Notes under the pieces: generated by a model
Databases searched by the model: none
What the model was told of the DNA's origin: nothing
What the model saw: the letters and a program-made list of their open reading frames with translations, nothing else
Virus record (IMG/VR): IMGVR_UViG_3300012953_000070
Location: 1-40,097 of that record
Length of the DNA stretch: 40,097 nt
DNA from: a virus
Lineage: Duplodnaviria > Caudoviricetes
Direction: 5' to 3' (one strand)
Translations under genes and position numbers: made by a program
Part shown: in pieces, positions 30,801 to 38,999 of the stretch
How positions within the stretch are numbered: the stretch's first letter is position 1
Layout: each line of letters starts with the position of its first letter

Positions 30801-33800
30801 TAAAAATGGTGGGTATACAAAAGATGGGAAATTTATTAAATTTAAAAGCGATAAAAATAAAGCTGGCTATACCCCACAAGAACTAAAAAAAGGCTTAGAT
30901 AAAATAGAAGGTAGAGGCGATGTTGTTAAAATACCTGTTGAATTTAATAAAAAAGGAAAACCTACAAAATATGAAAAGGTATCCAAAGAAACATTAGAAG
31001 CTATGTTTGGATATATGATTCAAACAGCTCCAAGAATAAATGAAATAGTACCAACTGAATCTTTATTAAGCAAAACTATAAAAGAAGCTGGTGGTAATCT
31101 TCAAAAAGCACTTAAAAATGCTGAAAAAATAATAAAAGCTCAAGAAACAACTGATATTGTTAAATGGGCAAATAATACCTACAAAGAATTATCAATTGAG
31201 TTTAGAAAAAGTTTAGGTAAAGTTGAAGGAGATTATGTTCTTGGAAGAATATCTGGACACTTAATTGAAATAGCTCAAGGAAAAGCAAGAGTTGATACTA
31301 TTCCTCATGAGGTATCTCACTATGTTGTTGATGCATTAAAATCATCAGGAGACAAAGCAAGCAAAGCATTAGTAAGAAAAGGAATAAAGTTATTTGGAGG
31401 AGAAGAAAATCTTGTTGATGCTCTTGGTAAATATACTTCAAAAAGAGTTTTAGATAAAACAACAACAGGAAAAATGAAATCTTGGGTAACAAATGTTGTT
31501 AATTACTTTAGACAAAAACTAGGAATATCAAATAGAAATGATGTAGATAGAGTTAAAAGTGAGATTGTATCTTTGCTTGGAGAGAAAGTATATAAAGGTA
31601 AAATACCAAGTAATTATATGCCTACAGCTCAATCAATTGCATATAAATATCAAGTAGGGAAAAAAGCAAAACCTGCATTAAAGAAAGCTCACGATGCTAC
31701 ACATGCAACAATAAGAGAATTAATGAATAAAGGTGTTTCTAAAAAGAATATATTAGATATTATAAAAGATGAAACTGGCATTGATGGTTTTCCTAATATA
31801 AAGAAAAACAATGCAAATACACTTACTGTAAGTCAATATGAAGCATTAAATACAAAATTAGCAGCTGTCATTTTTGGTAGAGGAGAAGGTAAACCTCCAA
31901 AACAATCAAAAAATGAATCAAAAATAGCTAATATTGAAATGCAATATAAAAACATAACACCTGAAACAAGAGAAAACTTTTTTAATAATATATATAATAC
32001 ATCATTTAAAAATGCATCAAAAAATCAAGTCAATGCTTACAGAGCGTATTTAATGCAAGGAGAAAAAGCTAATGTAATAAATACAAGTGCAAGTGAAATG
32101 GAAAATTCCTATAAAGGTGAATCACCAGGAATGAATTCTTGGGCAAGACCATTTATGACTGCTAGGGATGTTATTTTAAAATGGGGTGGAAAATGGGGTA
32201 AAAGATTATCTCAAGACCTTGATATTCATGATTATGTAAGAACTGTTTATTATGGTGAATTTACAAACTACATTAATAGTATTTCTAAGATTGTTGATAG
32301 AAAAACACGAAACAAATATATGCATCTTATGGATAAAGAGATGGCGAAAAATGCTATAAAACAATTAACTGAGCTAAGTAAAAAAGATAAAAAGTATGCT
32401 AAAGAACTTGAAGTTGTTAAAGATATTGCTAATAAATTTGATGTAAAAGTTTCTGAAGGTGGCTTTAAAGAAGCAAGAGATATATGGGAAAAGATGTCTA
32501 AGGGAGCTTGGAATTCTTTATCAGCAGAAATAGCTAAAAATACAAATGCAATGGAAATGCATCAAATAATGAAAGATTTAAATGCAACATATGTAAACAA
32601 CTATTTCACAAGAAGAGTTAGAGGTGAGGTTCTTCGTAATATTGATTCTAAACATAGCTCTATTCAAAAACTAGCAAATGAAATAAGAAAAAACTTATCT
32701 AAAGAAGACCTTAAAAAGATAAAAGAAAAATCAAAAAGTCATGATTCGGTAGAAGATTATATAGCAAATCAAATCTTTGATATGTACCAGTATGGGCCAG
32801 TAAAGGTCAATCCGTTCTTTCTTAAAAAAAGAGGAACATTATTACCAGAGTATATTGAAATTACAAAAAATGGTTCTAAGAAATTAGTTAAATCATATGA
32901 ATCAAGTGTTGATGCTACAATGAATCACTATGCTTTGGGCATGGCAAGGTTTCTTGCAACTGTAAGATTATTTCCAGAGTGGACAAATTTAGGTGGTAAA
33001 TTCTCTCTTGAAAGTGGAAAGAAAAGAGATATTATTGAGATGATGAAACAAGATAAAAATGTTGGTGGATATGCAATCAAGGCTCTTGAAAGACAGCTTG
33101 GATTAGACCAAACATCTGCGGATAGACTTAATGACCCTTATATAAGATTAGCTGGAAAAGTAACTAATGTAAACGCTGTGATGGGATTATCATCTCCAAC
33201 ATCTGGTATAAAAAACTTTTTAATACAAGTTCCAAGAAGTGCATATCTTTATGGAACAAGAAATACTGTAAGAGCATTAGCAAAAACAATGTCTATATAC
33301 AATGACCCTGTTAAATATGCAGAGTCAATAAAACAAGGAACTACTGGATATGGCTCAAAGCAAGTATTTGAGGAAGCAAGAGTTGGAAAACAAATAAGAT
33401 GGATATTTAAAAATGTTAACCTTATGGAAAAATCTGAAAATTTTAATAGAATAATGTTAGCAGAAGCAGGTAAGATGCATTTTAGTCAATTACTTGCAAA
33501 GGCTCGTGGTAATAAAATATCTTTCCATCCAAATGGAAGAAAAAATGAAATTAATAGATACTTAAAAGAGGTTTATAGATTAACTGAAAAAGATATTGAT
33601 TTTGCCGTTAATACAAAAGATGTATATGGAACTAAGAAATATGCAGATATTTTAAATTGGGTAGGATTTCAATCTCATAAACGTGGAGCTGGGGCAACAG
33701 GAACAGCTGACCTTCCTCTTTGGATGAGTAATAAATATGGACAACCACTTACACTATTTCAAAGAATTGCAATGTCAGTAACTATTGATACACACAAGAA

Positions 33801-34665
33801 TGTTGTTAAGCCTATGTATAAAAGTGGAAACTTTGCTCCTTTAATTAAAGCAACAATAGGTCATGGAGTAGCTGGTGCTGCATTATATACAATGTATGAA
33901 ACTCTATTTAACCAACAACCGCCAAAAGAAGAAAGTGGTTTTATTGATAAAGCTGTTTCATATATATGGAGAGGTGAAGCTCTTGGCATGTTTGGAGAAT
34001 TAATAAGTCCTTATGATAGAGGCTTATCAGCACCAATAATGGAACCAGTTGTTGTTAGAAATGGAAAACTTGCATGGGATAATGCAAGAAGAGCAATGAA
34101 AGGCACTAAATCTTGGAATGAAGCAGTTAAAGATTTTACCACAAAAGCAATAGTATTGGCAGGTCAAGGAGAAAGGGTATTTACAAAAATTAACCATCCT
34201 TATGTTTCTAAATATAAAAAACTTAAAACTCTTGAAAGAACTTGGAGAGATGAAAACAATTTATCAAAAGGAACTTCTACTGGAGAAGCAACAAAAAAAC
34301 AAATTTATTATTGGAACTTAAAGAAAGCTATATTGCTTGGAAAAACTGATGAAGAAATTGCATCAGCATATTATAATGCTTTTAATTACCTCGTTCATGA
34401 AAAAGAACATCAAGGAGAAACATCATTACTACAAAGAGTTAAAGATGCAAAATCAAGTTTAAACAGAGTTGCCTCTTTAATGAATCCAATTGGAGTATCT
34501 GATAAAAAGAATGCAAGAAATAGATTTTTAAAATCATTATCAAAAGAAAATTACAATATGGCTATTTGGCTTGAAAAAGAATATAAGAAAAGAATGTCAA
34601 AACTTAATTACGTACAAAGACAACTGAAGTATAAAGAAAAATACTCACTATACCCAAATTACTAA
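27850..34665 (+). CDS. Giant ejection / polyvalent protein with tyrosine-recombinase-like and HExxH zincin-like domains
   Basis: 2271 aa, last gene of the structural arm. Gly/Ala-rich hydrophobic N-terminal region, recombinase-like motifs at about aa 707-1068, HEVSH at aa 1153-1157, long helical C-terminal region. Confidence 0.75.
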   Translation: MATIQDYLAKKRQEQPYYQRYSDVTLYNILKGSDKSLPNWQALDNIATQAEQSKKFYEKTHKPSFVNSLYDWTDYGIDDMDYNWVKRAYNESITGLSYQLVNGNQRFAVDDKWEPGVLEDIGSAVLGFMMPLDLASMWVGGWAGKAGLAGISSTKSVQNTAVKKLMEKGFSKELAEGTVKNAANAISRDKVSGALAKGGLAAKVAGKSKVGQLAHPILSGGVIQGATLATFEGARGGLQASINGEDIWSGIGHGVAHGGLMGGLAGMVGASLNIANSSLYAKSLERTLTTSEKVAKASTGAVGQVVAESTAFSAPDAVKVITDDTFTSKDFIRNFAVNAGMMGILKAKKKVLEKSFKTVNEYVEEYNAQEGATYEKMQGAGKEVLNNMREGASESSSLKNIKAMEKVGDKYLAEALKGKTIEIKDKDGNIKEVEFTVEMYRDLVKRQDGLLKDIQLLEKGELDIGKISADKYIDYIRLLHEVKSGLENKIKRHKNDVDLKKGKIDELTKLLDVFEQDIFEPLRNFKRGQKPKPMPSSTKKFYENKLIDAVSQLSKAKNKIQIKQLIEGNESAITIEKGKITNIDKDAINHSILKENIDVYEKSRPKDKIISDVKGDRRNLDDTSISVEDKLNYRISDKKGETDTRISSKDRIRELEQKLSEFGKDEISTEKDAIARELMLLKEGQAAQSENPFTGEKGRKYELNKPIFAYFAEKLNTELKGLGKNPLQDIPAKKRFKDIVKFSKWLADKHNKSLYELTDKEIANYFQSGVGKKSHKSFLSKLIKDLDNKLAITKRGAITYKEPVQLEALVPSVVGTAQPNPRRGFRTSFQKGIEKVWKIGENFVEYIVPKTQKKVKKYITPEVSRKLNKLHKNTDGEAGHNQFMFRDVLNHAITSERLRPIVQWVFGAKEIPKKGFGEQRAFRYSFMQWAVGKYGIGSEASQVLKLVLKDKPPTESDLRAIYGEKQYTYVSDSKRWVKEYLSDIKNGGYTKDGKFIKFKSDKNKAGYTPQELKKGLDKIEGRGDVVKIPVEFNKKGKPTKYEKVSKETLEAMFGYMIQTAPRINEIVPTESLLSKTIKEAGGNLQKALKNAEKIIKAQETTDIVKWANNTYKELSIEFRKSLGKVEGDYVLGRISGHLIEIAQGKARVDTIPHEVSHYVVDALKSSGDKASKALVRKGIKLFGGEENLVDALGKYTSKRVLDKTTTGKMKSWVTNVVNYFRQKLGISNRNDVDRVKSEIVSLLGEKVYKGKIPSNYMPTAQSIAYKYQVGKKAKPALKKAHDATHATIRELMNKGVSKKNILDIIKDETGIDGFPNIKKNNANTLTVSQYEALNTKLAAVIFGRGEGKPPKQSKNESKIANIEMQYKNITPETRENFFNNIYNTSFKNASKNQVNAYRAYLMQGEKANVINTSASEMENSYKGESPGMNSWARPFMTARDVILKWGGKWGKRLSQDLDIHDYVRTVYYGEFTNYINSISKIVDRKTRNKYMHLMDKEMAKNAIKQLTELSKKDKKYAKELEVVKDIANKFDVKVSEGGFKEARDIWEKMSKGAWNSLSAEIAKNTNAMEMHQIMKDLNATYVNNYFTRRVRGEVLRNIDSKHSSIQKLANEIRKNLSKEDLKKIKEKSKSHDSVEDYIANQIFDMYQYGPVKVNPFFLKKRGTLLPEYIEITKNGSKKLVKSYESSVDATMNHYALGMARFLATVRLFPEWTNLGGKFSLESGKKRDIIEMMKQDKNVGGYAIKALERQLGLDQTSADRLNDPYIRLAGKVTNVNAVMGLSSPTSGIKNFLIQVPRSAYLYGTRNTVRALAKTMSIYNDPVKYAESIKQGTTGYGSKQVFEEARVGKQIRWIFKNVNLMEKSENFNRIMLAEAGKMHFSQLLAKARGNKISFHPNGRKNEINRYLKEVYRLTEKDIDFAVNTKDVYGTKKYADILNWVGFQSHKRGAGATGTADLPLWMSNKYGQPLTLFQRIAMSVTIDTHKNVVKPMYKSGNFAPLIKATIGHGVAGAALYTMYETLFNQQPPKEESGFIDKAVSYIWRGEALGMFGELISPYDRGLSAPIMEPVVVRNGKLAWDNARRAMKGTKSWNEAVKDFTTKAIVLAGQGERVFTKINHPYVSKYKKLKTLERTWRDENNLSKGTSTGEATKKQIYYWNLKKAILLGKTDEEIASAYYNAFNYLVHEKEHQGETSLLQRVKDAKSSLNRVASLMNPIGVSDKKNARNRFLKSLSKENYNMAIWLEKEYKKRMSKLNYVQRQLKYKEKYSLYPNY

Positions 34666-35108
34666 TCAAATAATTCTTTAATCGGTAGTAATACCATTTG
34701 ACTTGCATTATTATCACCACCCATTACCATCTTTAAATTACCATCTTTTTGGAGCTTTTTTATCTTATCCTTAAGTTCGCCTACCTTAAATATAAAACCA
34801 CCTTTAATTTCGTTGTTATAAGCTAATAAGTGTATCCAGACATTTGATTCAGTTGTAGATAGTCCCGATGGCTTCCCGCTACACCTTACTTCAATAGCTA
34901 TATTGCCTGTTGTTTTCCAAATATCTCTTTCTGTTTTTACTTCTATTTTACTGTTACCTTCAAGTACTTTTTCTACGAATTCTTCCCCCATTTTACCAAA
35001 CTCTAAATCGAGGTCAAATCCTTTGCAGTATCCTTCTGTTAGTGGCATCCAAGCACCCCCTTTCCATATCATGGCATCATCACCTGCAAACTCATATATG
35101 TCCATCAT
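34662..35108 (-). CDS. PD-(D/E)XK-like nuclease-fold phage protein
   Basis: GKMGEE...IEVKTE...TGNIAIE...SGL motifs. Start uncertain (35108, 35105 or 35048). Confidence 0.6.
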   Translation of the reverse strand: MMDIYEFAGDDAMIWKGGAWMPLTEGYCKGFDLDLEFGKMGEEFVEKVLEGNSKIEVKTERDIWKTTGNIAIEVRCSGKPSGLSTTESNVWIHLLAYNNEIKGGFIFKVGELKDKIKKLQKDGNLKMVMGGDNNASQMVLLPIKELFD

Positions 35109-35109
35109 C

Positions 35110-35199
35110 TTAATCAAAGAGAAGAAACATTAATAAAATTATAAGCTTGTCCATTATCCATAATACAATTAATAGTGTTAGTTTATTATCTTGATTCAT
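35110..35199 (-). CDS. Tiny hydrophobic protein (29 aa, not in the ORF track)
   Basis: MNQDNKLTLLIVLWIMDKLIILLMFLLFD fills the gap between the flanking genes. Confidence 0.45.
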   Translation of the reverse strand: MNQDNKLTLLIVLWIMDKLIILLMFLLFD

Positions 35200-35368
35200 C
35201 TTTCAGTTCAAATTCGCCTTTAAACCAACCATCTCTCCATGCTTTCATAGTCTGTTTATCCTTATTGTAGATAGACTTTGGTTTCTTTGGTTTTTTTAAT
35301 GGCTTTAAAGGGTCTTTTGATAGTCTTACAAAATTACATCTTTTTGATGTTATATATTTATTTTTCAT
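35186..35368 (-). CDS. Small basic hypothetical protein (60 aa)
   Basis: MKNKYITSKRC...KAWRDGWF. GAGG SD upstream of the ATG at 35368. Confidence 0.55.
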   Translation of the reverse strand: MKNKYITSKRCNFVRLSKDPLKPLKKPKKPKSIYNKDKQTMKAWRDGWFKGEFELKDESR

Positions 35369-35834
35369 TAAAATATTCCTCTTTTGCATATTTAGTTATT
35401 AGTATTGCATCTGATGTTTTAAGTGTTACTCTTTTAATATCAGGATATAGCTCCTGAGCCTTTTCTTTTAACCATCTTTTTCTTATAACACTTTTCAAAG
35501 CTTTTGGACAACCAATCCATCTAATCCATTCAGCTGGGATAACTGTATTCATTTTAACTTCATTTGACGCTGCTATACCAAGCCATTGACCATAATTAGT
35601 TCCATAAGAAAATGCTGCTCTGACGGCATTTGTTGGCCTTGCCCATACTCTTTCCATTAATAACCTTATATTATCTGGAGCAGTATTTCCCATTAAAACT
35701 TGAAATAAAATTGCCATATCTTCGCTTGATTGTGCGCATTTATGAGCTGTTATATTTCCTCTCTCATCAATACATGCAATTCCACCTCCAGCTCCAGGGT
35801 CTATTCCTATATATTTAAAACGGAATTTCTTCAT
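35358..35834 (-). CDS. ruvC: RuvC-like Holliday junction resolvase
   Basis: YIGIDPG, LMERV, FSYG..YG.W, IPAEW and DAILI are motifs of phage RuvC-like resolvases. Confidence 0.82.
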   Translation of the reverse strand: MKKFRFKYIGIDPGAGGGIACIDERGNITAHKCAQSSEDMAILFQVLMGNTAPDNIRLLMERVWARPTNAVRAAFSYGTNYGQWLGIAASNEVKMNTVIPAEWIRWIGCPKALKSVIRKRWLKEKAQELYPDIKRVTLKTSDAILITKYAKEEYFNEK

Positions 35835-37149
35835 TTAACATCTCCTCTATTGAATTGTATAGTTTACATTTATCTCCATCGTATCCTAAATCAGAGCGAC
35901 CAGAATCTCCATATCTAACTTTGGATGCAATTAAAGTAATTATGTTTTTTCCTTTGCCTGCTTCACCTTGTACCTTATAATCATAATAAGAAAAGAATAC
36001 ATTTTCAGCAACTTGTTCAATAGCACCACTTTCTGCTAAATCAGATAATTGTGGCTCTAATGCTTTTCCTCTTGTATTATTTCTTTCAATAAATCTATTT
36101 AATTGAGATGCAAGAACAACAACACAATTTATTTCCTTAGCTAACCATTTGTAATCATTTACAAGCTTTTCAATTTGAAGCCTTCTATCAACTTTATAAC
36201 CATCACAAGATACAAGTTGTATATAATCATCAAATATTATATCAGGCTTAAATCTCTTGGCTTCTGCTGATGATGCTGCAAAATCTTTTAGATTATCAAA
36301 CATCAAAAACTTATCCTTTGAATATTTCTTTCTTATTCTTTCTATTGTGCTATTAACAATGCTTAAGCTTTGGTCTGTAAATACATTCTTTCTTACCATT
36401 GAATATGATAATTGCTCTGATTCAAGGCATATTATTTTCTTCATTAATTCAGAGTTTGGCAACTCTCTACTAAAAAACATTGCCTTTTTACCATCCTCCA
36501 AAGCTTTTGATAACATATTAATCATCACAGTTGTTTTTCCATGACCTGGTCTACCGCCTATAATTGTTATCTCACCTCTTGTTAATCCACCTGAATATTT
36601 ATCTAAGTTATTATATCCAGTTGTTATTAGTTTACTTGTTTTATTTTCAATGCTTATAAGGGTTTCCGATATTACATCTTCTATATCTTGAACTTTGCTT
36701 GGTCTTATATTTAAAAGCTCTCCATACAAAGAGTGAGCCTCATTGATTGAATCATATACATCTTTTTCGTTGTTTTTTGCTTTTTCTTTAATATTCTCAG
36801 ATTGAACAATAACTTTTCTTAAAAGGTATTTTTCATATATTTGATTTGCATAAAACTCACAACCTCCTTTTGCAGGAGCGCTTGATGTACATCCTGTTAT
36901 GTAATAGGCGGTTAAGCCTTTCTTTACTTCTTTATCATTTAAAGCAGAACAAACTGTTAACATATCTATATGTTGATTTGACCTTTTCATTTCTGTTATT
37001 TTTTCCCAAAGAAGTTGTGCTTTTCTTTGATAGAAAACATCGTTATCAATTATATATTTACTAACAGAATCATACTCTAAAGGATTTGTTATGACTCCAC
37101 CAAGAATTGCATTCTCGGTTTCACTGTCATATGGTAGAGTTAACTCCAT
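35815..37149 (-). CDS. dnaB: Replicative DNA helicase, DnaB family
   Basis: N-terminal LP.D.E.E.AILG domain, Walker A GGRPGHGKTT, DYIQL, SQLNR, PQLSDL.ESGAIEQ, K.R.G arginine finger. Confidence 0.95.
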   Translation of the reverse strand: MELTLPYDSETENAILGGVITNPLEYDSVSKYIIDNDVFYQRKAQLLWEKITEMKRSNQHIDMLTVCSALNDKEVKKGLTAYYITGCTSSAPAKGGCEFYANQIYEKYLLRKVIVQSENIKEKAKNNEKDVYDSINEAHSLYGELLNIRPSKVQDIEDVISETLISIENKTSKLITTGYNNLDKYSGGLTRGEITIIGGRPGHGKTTVMINMLSKALEDGKKAMFFSRELPNSELMKKIICLESEQLSYSMVRKNVFTDQSLSIVNSTIERIRKKYSKDKFLMFDNLKDFAASSAEAKRFKPDIIFDDYIQLVSCDGYKVDRRLQIEKLVNDYKWLAKEINCVVVLASQLNRFIERNNTRGKALEPQLSDLAESGAIEQVAENVFFSYYDYKVQGEAGKGKNIITLIASKVRYGDSGRSDLGYDGDKCKLYNSIEEMLNEEIPF

Positions 37150-37163
37150 ATTATTTCTCCTTC

Positions 37164-37970
37164 TTAAAACAACGTGCTTTGCGCTGTTTTTCGCTTTATT
37201 ATTTCAACGTATTTAGGATTAAGCTCTATGCCAACCCATTCTCTTCCTAACTCCTGCGCTACATATGCTGTTGTACCACTTCCCATAAAAGGGTCAAGCA
37301 CAGTATCGCCTTCCTTACTTCCAGCTTTAATACATAATGCTGGTAATTCTTGTGGAAACACTGCAAAGTGTGCTTCTTTGCAAGATGCAGTATTCATAGA
37401 CCAAACACTTGTTCTTCTTACATCTTTAACTCTAATAGCATCAGCATTAAAGTAATATTGTTTTTTCTTTGTAAATAAAAATATATATTCGTGTGCTTTT
37501 GCACATCTATTATTAACGGCTTCTGGCATAGGATTTGGCTTGTGCCATATTATATCTTGCTTTAAATACCAACCTTGCTTTTGCATTTCAGTTGCAAACA
37601 TCCAAGGAACTCCTGCTAAATCGCCATCTTTTAAATATTTATGTTTTGGAGGAGCTTTTCTTTTTTGCCTATATTCAATTCCAGTATCAGAATTTGTTAT
37701 GCTATTTTTATCGTGATGACCACCTTTTGCTCCAAAAAATGTATCTCCAATATTTACCCAAACAGTACCATCATCCCTTAAGACATTTTTAATTTTATCA
37801 AATAATCTAATTAAATTTGAGACAAATATCTCAGGCGATGATTCTTGACCTAACTGCTCATCGTTATCATAATTTCTAAGTCCCCAATATGGAGGGCTCG
37901 TAACTACTGTTTGGATACTTTTTGGGAATACTTCATCTATCTTCTCGTAACAGTTCCCTAATAGTATCAT
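37164..37970 (-). CDS. DNA methyltransferase, beta-class N4-cytosine/N6-adenine
   Basis: Catalytic TSPPY near the N-terminus, HFAVFP, SAM-binding DPFMGSGTT and GIELN near the C-terminus. No cognate restriction enzyme evident. Confidence 0.93.
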   Translation of the reverse strand: MILLGNCYEKIDEVFPKSIQTVVTSPPYWGLRNYDNDEQLGQESSPEIFVSNLIRLFDKIKNVLRDDGTVWVNIGDTFFGAKGGHHDKNSITNSDTGIEYRQKRKAPPKHKYLKDGDLAGVPWMFATEMQKQGWYLKQDIIWHKPNPMPEAVNNRCAKAHEYIFLFTKKKQYYFNADAIRVKDVRRTSVWSMNTASCKEAHFAVFPQELPALCIKAGSKEGDTVLDPFMGSGTTAYVAQELGREWVGIELNPKYVEIIKRKTAQSTLF

Positions 37971-38163
37971 TCCACCTCTTTTCTTTTTCCTTAAGTTCTT
38001 CTACTCTTTTCTCAGTTCTTTTTATTAAATCCTCATTCACAAGAGTATTGTAAATAGTATATTGCCCAATCATTCCTCTGTATTCTTTAAGGTCTGATTC
38101 ATACCATTCGATGATTCTCTGTGTATCGGATTTTGCTTTTCTTCGGCCTGATGATTTTGCCAT
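37933..38163 (-). CDS. Hypothetical protein
   Basis: 76 aa ORF collinear with its neighbours, GGA-rich upstream region. Confidence 0.6.
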   Translation of the reverse strand: MAKSSGRRKAKSDTQRIIEWYESDLKEYRGMIGQYTIYNTLVNEDLIKRTEKRVEELKEKEKRWNDTIRELLREDR

Positions 38164-38537
38164 TCATCCATCCTTTCCATTTCTTGCTCAACTGCATCCA
38201 ACAACTCATCTTCTTTTACTTCATTTACTTTGTAGAGTGTTGTATTGTTTTGAACAGGCAAAGCTTGTATTGGCTCATTTTTAAAGAAGATACCCCATTG
38301 TTTTTTCTTTAGTATTTCACATACAAGTTCTGCTATTTTAGTTTTCATTGTTATCCACCTCCTGTTTATTGTTTTTTTTTGATGTATAGAGCTTTCATGT
38401 ATAATAGCCTCATACTCATCAAGAAATTTAACATCATCACTTGTTAGATACACTGCTGCTAACTCTGTCTTTAGAAAGCTTTTTAACTTTTTTATCGATA
38501 AACTTTCTAAACTTTTCTTTGTCTTTTTTGTATTCAT
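38070..38537 (-). CDS. Hypothetical protein (alternative in-frame start at 38348)
   Basis: 155 aa ORF. AGGAGGT SD precedes the internal ATG at 38348. Confidence 0.55.
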   Translation of the reverse strand: MNTKKTKKSLESLSIKKLKSFLKTELAAVYLTSDDVKFLDEYEAIIHESSIHQKKTINRRWITMKTKIAELVCEILKKKQWGIFFKNEPIQALPVQNNTTLYKVNEVKEDELLDAVEQEMERMDEWQNHQAEEKQNPIHRESSNGMNQTLKNTEE

Positions 38538-38655
38538 GATAGCTGTCTATTATAAATTCAAGATTTATCTGATGATTTCTTAGGCTTTGAACGTCCTTTA
38601 TTAGATTTGACACTACTTCCGTCATCTCCTTCATTGTTGGTTTTTTTCTTGCCAT
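38437..38655 (-). CDS. Hypothetical protein
   Basis: 72 aa, MARKKPT..., AAGGAG SD upstream. Confidence 0.65.
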   Translation of the reverse strand: MARKKPTMKEMTEVVSNLIKDVQSLRNHQINLEFIIDSYHEYKKDKEKFRKFIDKKVKKLSKDRVSSSVSNK

Positions 38656-38842
38656 CTTTCTCCTTTGTATTATCTTCTATTTCTGTTCCAACATCTTCAA
38701 CTAAATCCACATGTTTAGTTTTTGTTGATTTTTCAGAAATTTCATCTATTTTAGATACCATTCCTCTTACAGTATTTTCAAGCTTATGAACTCTTCCCAT
38801 GAGTTCATTTATTGAATTTTCATGGTCAATTGCTCTACCCAT
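38558..38842 (-). CDS. Hypothetical coiled-coil protein
   Basis: 94 aa, AAGGAG SD upstream. Confidence 0.65.
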   Translation of the reverse strand: MGRAIDHENSINELMGRVHKLENTVRGMVSKIDEISEKSTKTKHVDLVEDVGTEIEDNTKEKDGKKKTNNEGDDGSSVKSNKGRSKPKKSSDKS

Positions 38843-38870
38843 TTATATCTCCTTTATATTTGAATTTTAT

Positions 38871-38980
38871 CCTACCTGCCGCCGATGTTTTCATGGCATA
38901 GCCTTATTGTACATCTCACAATTTTTCGCATAGGTACAGAGGTATTTCTAAACTATTTGACATTACTAATAACCTCTGCA
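38871..38980 (-). ncRNA. Candidate structured RNA (hairpin followed by a three-way junction)
   Basis: Intergenic and GC-richer than its flanks, with four complementary stems identified by eye. No family recognised. Confidence 0.4.
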
Positions 38981-38999
38981 CCCACACTCTCCGACATAA

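Noticed and set aside
27850-34665. Virion RNA polymerase (N4- or crAss-like) as the identity of the giant ORF
   Set aside because: No DxDxD/DFDxD catalytic motif or T7-type polymerase motifs recognised.
34662-37970. Restriction-modification pair formed by the MTase and the PD-(D/E)XK-like ORF
   Set aside because: The genes are separated by DnaB, RuvC and small ORFs, and both types commonly occur alone in phage replication modules.
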